A stretch of DNA of 64,000 nt from Octopus vulgaris (lineage: Eukaryota), in the NCBI GenBank assembly GCA_951406725.2, contig OX597834.1, positions 18,476,001 through 18,540,000 of the forward strand. The letters run 5' to 3'. The notes below the pieces were generated by a model. It saw only the letters and a program-made list of their open reading frames with translations. It was not told where the DNA came from and searched no databases. A program made the position numbers and the translations under genes. This document shows positions 59,901 through 64,000 of the stretch, piece after piece. How positions within the stretch are numbered: position 1 is the first letter of the stretch; every line of letters starts with the position of its first letter.

Positions 59901-62552
59901 ACATCTACTTGATCCATAGCTTATATGTATCGCTTGTACTTGTATGACTTCATCATTTAACATCTGTGTTCCATGCTTGCTTGTGTTAGGCTATTAGAAA
60001 AGGCAGGTGAGCTGGCAGAAATGTTAGCACGCCGGGCGAAATGTGTAGCCGTATTTCATCTGCCGTTACGTTCTGAGTTCAAATTCCACCGAGGTTGACT
60101 TTGCCTTTCATCCTTTCTGGGTCGATAAAGTATCAGTTTCGCACTGGGGTCTCTGTAATCGACTTAATCCCTTTGTCTGTCTGTCCTTGTTTGTCCCCTC
60201 TATGTTTAGCCTCTTGTGGGTAGTAAAGAAATATATTAGACAAGGATCCAATGGTCTGAAGGACTGCATTGTACTCCAGTATTGCTTTGACATGGTTTCT
60301 GTGGCTGGATACCCTTAATGCTAAGGCGCAGTATAGCTGAATGGTTAAGAAGTTCATTTTGAAACTACACAGTTCTGGGTTCAATCCTACTGTGTGGCAT
60401 CATGAATTGACCTGTATTTCATGAGTGAAATTGAGTCATAAGAAACTGTATCGAAGCCTGTCAGATTGTACCTGTAATTCAAAAGTGAGAATCTTGTTAT
60501 AGACAGTTTCATGCTGATTCTACCTGACAATTAATGATAGGGTTTATATTATTGTGCTCAGCCACCTCTCACATTAATTCAGGAGCTAGTTTGAGTCCTC
60601 ATCATTTATAATTTTTCTAAGTACTAAAAAAAAACAACAAAAAAAAACAGCGACGCTTAACCCATCTGCTAAATGAAGAGGTACAGTACTGCCTTCGTAC
60701 ATCCAACAATAAACAGTCTTAGGATGGTTCTATTGTTGGAACAGGTGATGTATTTTCTATTGTTAACCACTTAAACGAACTCCACTCCTTCATAATGGTT
60801 ATCTTTGTTCATCCAGATAATTAAAACGAACAGGATTTTAGGAACTTCTGTTGGGCTGTTTCCCCAAAAGTAATCTACATAATTGTCCGCATGTAGAAAT
60901 AACTCGTGTGTTCTGTTGTGTCTGGGGAGAGTCATTTTCTTTTTGTGCCTTATTTAACTCACTCACCGGTAAAATTTCCACTTATTTTTATTTTCCTAAA
61001 ATTTTCGTCGCGTCTTGTAACCTTTTCAATAGTCTTGACTCAAGACTATTGAAAAGGTTGCGAGACGCAACGAAAATTTTAGGAAGATAAAAATAAGTGG
61101 AAATTTTACCGGTGGTGAATGTTTTAAATCATAAGGCACAAAAAGAAAATGACTCTCCCCAGACACAAACGAACTAACCCTTGTGTTTATATATTGGCTT
61201 CATTCAGTAAGTGGGTATTTCTCAGTTGCCTCTTTAAATCATTTCATGTCTCTACTTTTCCATGGTGTCAGACGGTATCTGATAAGGCACATTTTCTACG
61301 GTCGGTTCCCCTTCCTGTCGCCATAACTAAATCAGTCTTTACGAAACACACAAAAACGAATAATCTCGCTTGTATGACGATGATGCTCATTTACAACCAT
61401 CACGTGCTGTCTAGGCAATGGTATACATTGACACGGATTTTATATCTACCAAGCTTTTGGTTGCCCCGGGGCTACCAGAAGAATACACACATACAAGGTG
61501 ACTTGAACCTAGAACCACATGGCTGGGATGCAAGCTTAACCCACACAGCTATTACGAAATGTGTTAGTGATTGCTAATCTAAATGTTAATATTCTTATTT
61601 ACAGATCTCCGAAGTCAAAGGCCCTGGTGACCGTTTGTCTACCAAACAAATGTTGTGGTTGGATTATCTCATCAAATTAGGAGTTGATGCCGAAGTCAGT
61701 CACATAAAACGTAAGCGAAAACCTTACTTTTATTATTTCTGAGTCGTCGTCGTCATTTAACGTCCGTTGTCCATGCTGGCATAGGTTGTACGTTTTACAA
61801 CTGACGGTCAGGGTTTCTAACCACGCTCGTGGCAATCATGCTGACTGCAGAAACCTAATTACGTGTAGAAATAGTTTGAAATAAAGACTGCGGCATATAG
61901 TGAAGGGAGGTAACTCAGGATGGCTTGTATTTAGAAACTGCAACATATGCGAAGGGAGATAACTCAAGATGTAAAGGGAGGTAACTCAGGATGTAAAGGG
62001 AGGTAACTCAGGATGGCTTGTGATATTGTTTTATTATGGACTGGCTGAGTACTTGAGTCGATATGCATCGACACCTTCCTCTACAAAGAGAGGGCGTGCT
62101 ACTTCAGCATGGTTGCAGTCAATAACCGAAACTAGGAAAAAGGATTGTTAATAATCTTAATATCTATGTTTAGTGTACTTGAAACCTCAAGTACTGCATT
62201 GTTTAGTTCTTATTTGCAGCTGATTTTATGACGTAAGGTTCGTCTTATAAAGTAGGTTAGTGGGATAATTTTAAGACAAGTGTGTGGTTGTTTAATGGAC
62301 AGAAAAAAAAAAAAATCAAAGATACGGATATAATTCATGCTGTTTCTGTTTTAATATAGATTAATAATATGGATTATTAGACAAGCCTATTGAAACCCCC
62401 TTACAATATGTTTATATATTAATGATTCCTGCTGAAGTTAGTATGATAAAGCTAAAAGTCACATGGAGACCGTCTGTGTTTACTAAAATTTTATTTTGCA
62501 TACCTTTTTTACAGCTGTTGGAACTAAGAAGTTGCAGCCACAGTCAGAATAA
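38710..62552 (+). CDS. FAN1: FAN1, Fanconi-associated nuclease 1; whole gene span, 15 coding exons, 3010 nt as assembled (one frame break in exon 2), ~1002 aa if corrected
   Basis: PYYLENF...[20 protein letters not shown]; SAP-like [16 protein letters not shown]; TPR region [16 protein letters not shown]; GLHAEGS...FQACPLDM; VRR_NUC PD-(D/E)xK motifs SGFPDL and [17 protein letters not shown]. All GT-AG junctions are in phase except within exon 2. Confidence 0.95.
39992..40946 (+). CDS. FAN1: FAN1 coding exon 2 (955 nt, contains a frame break between 40304 and 40491)
   Basis: Strong pyrimidine tract and ccag acceptor; frame [10 protein letters not shown]...SIKSE* and frame B ...EPGTDRV...[11 protein letters not shown]...KFYRLS; donor G|gtcagt. 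Confidence 0.8.
40970..41250. repeat. Degenerate ~20-24-bp minisatellite with palindromic core ATTCTATAGAAT (~13 units)
   Basis: Read directly from the sequence. Confidence 0.85.
41334..41474 (+). CDS. FAN1: FAN1 coding exon 3
   Basis: [32 protein letters not shown]...GLAHS; donor gtgaga. Confidence 0.95.
41950..42880 (-). mobile_element. Cluster of ~4 diverged head-to-tail Nin-domain SINEs in FAN1 intron 3
   Basis: Repeated GAAAGGATGAAAGGCAAAGT..GAACTCAGAA motif. Confidence 0.7.
42986..43193 (+). CDS. FAN1: FAN1 coding exon 4 (SAP-like domain)
   Basis: [26 protein letters not shown]...KSMMN; donor gtaaca. Confidence 0.93.
44286..44420 (+). CDS. FAN1: FAN1 coding exon 5
   Basis: [29 protein letters not shown]...AQ; donor gtaagt. 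Confidence 0.92.
44468..45420 (+). mobile_element. Tandem pair of tRNA-derived SINEs (44468-44960) followed by two Nin-domain SINEs
   Basis: GGCCCAGTGGTTAGGGCAGCGGACT..GGTTTCGATTCC heads repeated; Nin cores downstream. Confidence 0.75.
45540..46260. mobile_element. Penelope-like element fragments in inverted arrangement
   Basis: Minus reading [24 protein letters not shown] (PLE N-terminus-like), plus reading [11 protein letters not shown] (LxxNGYP-like), and a 50-bp inverted repeat at 45744-45794 / 45917-45965. Confidence 0.5.
46345..46443 (+). CDS. FAN1: FAN1 coding exon 6
   Basis: [33 protein letters not shown]; donor gtaaaa. Confidence 0.93.
46680..47075 (+). mobile_element. 5'-truncated RTE-group LINE 3' end with (GAT)n tail and 8-bp TSD, nested in a SINE
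   Basis: [25 protein letters not shown]...[12 protein letters not shown]...[11 protein letters not shown]; TSD ACAGTTGG at 46672-46679 and 47076-47083. Confidence 0.8.
47674..47808 (+). CDS. FAN1: FAN1 coding exon 7
   Basis: [32 protein letters not shown]...; phases fit both neighbours; donor gtaagt. Confidence 0.9.
49470..49760. repeat. Degenerate ~40-bp tandem repeat (GGTATAGTCCA.TTAG....AAGTAGGTACCATAGGA)
   Basis: Read directly from the sequence. Confidence 0.65.
49819..50047 (+). CDS. FAN1: FAN1 coding exon 8 (TPR region)
   Basis: [15 protein letters not shown]...[21 protein letters not shown]; donor gtagag. Confidence 0.95.
50637..51210 (+). mobile_element. Mariner transposon relic: 5' TIR and pseudogenised transposase N-terminus
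   Basis: TA|TTGGGTTATCCCATAAATAATGC end; from ATG 50818 [19 protein letters not shown]...QWFQKF*AG...GRS...[10 protein letters not shown] (mariner WVPHEL motif) with three in-frame stops. Confidence 0.85.
51706..51867 (+). CDS. FAN1: FAN1 coding exon 9
   Basis: [30 protein letters not shown]...EAPK; donor gtatgt. Confidence 0.94.
52926..53091 (+). CDS. FAN1: FAN1 coding exon 10
   Basis: [14 protein letters not shown]...[20 protein letters not shown]; donor gtaaga. Confidence 0.93.
53427..53657 (-). mobile_element. Young Nin-domain SINE inserted into an older SINE
   Basis: Near-consensus copy; the ACCCTAACC host motif is repeated on both sides. Confidence 0.75.
53868..54064 (+). CDS. FAN1: FAN1 coding exon 11
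   Basis: [40 protein letters not shown]...ASLQ; donor gtgagg. Confidence 0.96.
54098..54200. mobile_element. Tc1/mariner-group (pogo/Tc2-like) terminal fragment
   Basis: TACCGTAAATCCTCGAGTATA... with repeated GTATAATACGCA subterminal motifs. Confidence 0.45.
56058..56156 (+). CDS. FAN1: FAN1 coding exon 12
   Basis: [33 protein letters not shown]; donor gtttgt. Confidence 0.92.
57895..58023 (+). CDS. FAN1: FAN1 coding exon 13 (catalytic PD motif)
   Basis: [43 protein letters not shown]; donor gtttgt. Confidence 0.95.
60002..60232 (+). mobile_element. Nin-domain SINE
   Basis: Full head, core and GTAAAGAAATA tail. Confidence 0.8.
60916..61168. repeat. ~250-bp near-perfect palindrome (foldback MITE-like) in FAN1 intron 13
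   Basis: Arms 60916-61038 and 61040-61168 centred on GTCTTGA-C-TCAAGAC. Confidence 0.9.
61605..61710 (+). CDS. FAN1: FAN1 coding exon 14 (catalytic ExK motif)
   Basis: [35 protein letters not shown]; donor gtaagc. Confidence 0.96.
61900..62020. repeat. Short tandem repeat GTAAAGGGAGGTAACTCAGGAT (~4 copies)
   Basis: Read directly from the sequence. Confidence 0.8.
62515..62552 (+). CDS. FAN1: FAN1 last coding exon
   Basis: tttttacag| (P)[11 protein letters not shown]; phase matches and the sequence resembles the vertebrate VGAKSQSLS end. Confidence 0.85.
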
Positions 62553-62726
62553 GAAGTTGAAGATAGGTTTGACCATAGAACAATTTTATTTCACCAGTTA
62601 ATACAATGTTTCATCCCAGATTACCATCATTGTAACTTTTTTATTTATTTATTTTTTTTTTTACGTATATGTAGATATGTATTATACTTGTAAATATATA
62701 TATATATATATATCTGGAAAATATTT

Positions 62727-62732
62727 AATAAA
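62727..62732 (+). terminator. Candidate FAN1 polyadenylation signal
   Basis: First AATAAA after the FAN1 stop. Confidence 0.5.
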
Positions 62733-63077
62733 TTTTGTTATTGAAAATTACTGAAGCCTTTGATGCAAATCTCAAATTTTTACAGAAAAAGAAAGCAGTT
62801 GTGAATTGTCTTTTTATGCCTTTTGGAAAAGCATGAAAATCATTCTTTAACTTTTTTTTTAAAAACTTGGTGTTTGTAATACTGTTTCAGTGTTGATGTT
62901 GTCATTGTTAGAGAGAAGAAAAAGCGAGAAAAACTGACGATAAGTAGTTAATTATTTACATAAGATTATTAAAAACAAAAGGAAAATTTACAGGAATGCT
63001 AGATTCAAATTGAATGTTGATATGAAGACATGAGATTAATACATAAAGATTTAATATGAAGATGATGTAGATGCTTT

Positions 63078-63232
63078 TCATTTCTTTGGTCTGAAGACAT
63101 TGTCCTCAAACTTGCCAAGTACATTTCCGGCTGGTCTGTAATTGGCCACCACAAAGTAGCTGCCGTCTTCAGCACAGCCTCTGCCAATACCCAACTCCTT
63201 GCTGCCCTTCCACACCACTTGGGTGAAATGAC
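63078..63232 (-). CDS. GLIPR2: Last coding exon of a CAP/SCP-domain protein, GLIPR2/GAPR-1-like; the rest of the gene lies beyond the window
   Basis: ttttttcag| GHFTQVVWKGSKELGIGRGCAEDGSYFVVANYRPAGNVLGKFEDNVFRPKK*; CAP signature motifs GHFTQxVW and YxPxGN, and a GAPR-1-like ...PKK end. Orthology versus paralogy is not resolved. Confidence 0.88.
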
Positions 63233-64000
63233 CTGAAAAAAGAAAATCTTTTAGTAATCATAAATTCAAAAAAAAAATCATCCGAAGATGTTCTGTAAAA
63301 ATCATCATCGTTTAACGTCCGCTTTCCATGCTAGCATGGGTTGGACGGTTCAACTGGGGTCTGGCAAGCTCGAAGGCTGCACCAGGCCAGTCAGATCTGG
63401 CAGTGTTTCTACAGCTGGATGCCCTTCCTAACGCCAACCACTCCGAGAGTGTAGTGGGTGATTTTATGTGCCACCAACACAGGTGCCAGACGAGGCTGGC
63501 AGACGGCCAGGCTCGGATGGTGTTTTATGTGCCACCGACACAGGTGCCAGACGAGGCTGGCGAACGGCCACGCTCGGATATTGTTTGTTACGTGCCCACA
63601 GCATGGAGGCCAGTCGATGCGGTACTGGCTATGGTCACGTTCGGATGGTTTTCTTATGTTCTTCTAAATCTGTGATTCCCTACATGGGGCACATGCCCCA
63701 CCAGTAGGGCATAGTAATATTTTGGCGAGGCATGCGTAGTGTCTTGTTGATTTTGTACACAATAAGAGAAAGGGGACAATTCACAAATGAGTTACTAAAA
63801 GAAATTCCTTACATCCATTTTCTGGCCAATTTTATCAAATTTGACACTTTAGAGACATCAAATCAGCATGTCATAACCAAAAGATCTGATGTCTCTAAAG
63901 TGGAAATCATGTAATTGCAAACCTGTGTGTGGGGGGTATAGAACTGTACAAATGAGTTACTAAAAAAAAAAATTCTTTATATCCCTTCTACTCTTTTACT

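Noticed and set aside
38710-62552. Calling FAN1 a pseudogene
   Set aside because: There is only one lesion, in a low-conservation region; all other exons, splice sites and catalytic residues are intact.

Overview
AT-rich, microsatellite- and SINE-dense animal genomic DNA. The repeat families (tRNA-derived CORE-type and Nin-domain SINEs, RTE-tailed SINEs) look like those of Octopus; that taxon is my inference. Three spliced protein-coding genes were reconstructed by hand from GT-AG junctions and reading phase. (1) A complete 12-exon UBA5 (UFM1-activating E1, + strand, 8064-22055, 398 aa). (2) FAN1 (Fanconi-associated nuclease 1, + strand, 38710-62552, 15 coding exons, ~1002 aa); its large second coding exon has a single frame break ending at a TGA at 40489-40491, and its N-terminus has a canonical PIP box but no recognisable UBZ finger. 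(3) The last exon of a convergent GLIPR2/GAPR-1-like CAP-domain gene (- strand, 63078-63232). The rest is a mosaic of SINEs, LINE fragments (RTE, CR1-like, R4/Dong-like, Penelope-like), non-autonomous Helitrons, piggyBac/hAT MITEs, a mariner relic and tandem repeats. Most notable oddities: the FAN1 frame break (most likely an assembly indel, though it has +1 shifty-stop geometry), a 217-bp substitution-free inverted repeat flanking ~1.06 kb, a ~250-bp intronic palindrome between the FAN1 catalytic exons, possibly overlapping FAN1/GLIPR2 3' ends, and a Gly-to-Lys change plus tandem acceptor in the UBA5 LIR/UFIM motif. I found no CRISPR, rRNA, intact tRNA or prokaryotic-type system. Many ORFs in the supplied track are microsatellite or SINE artefacts.
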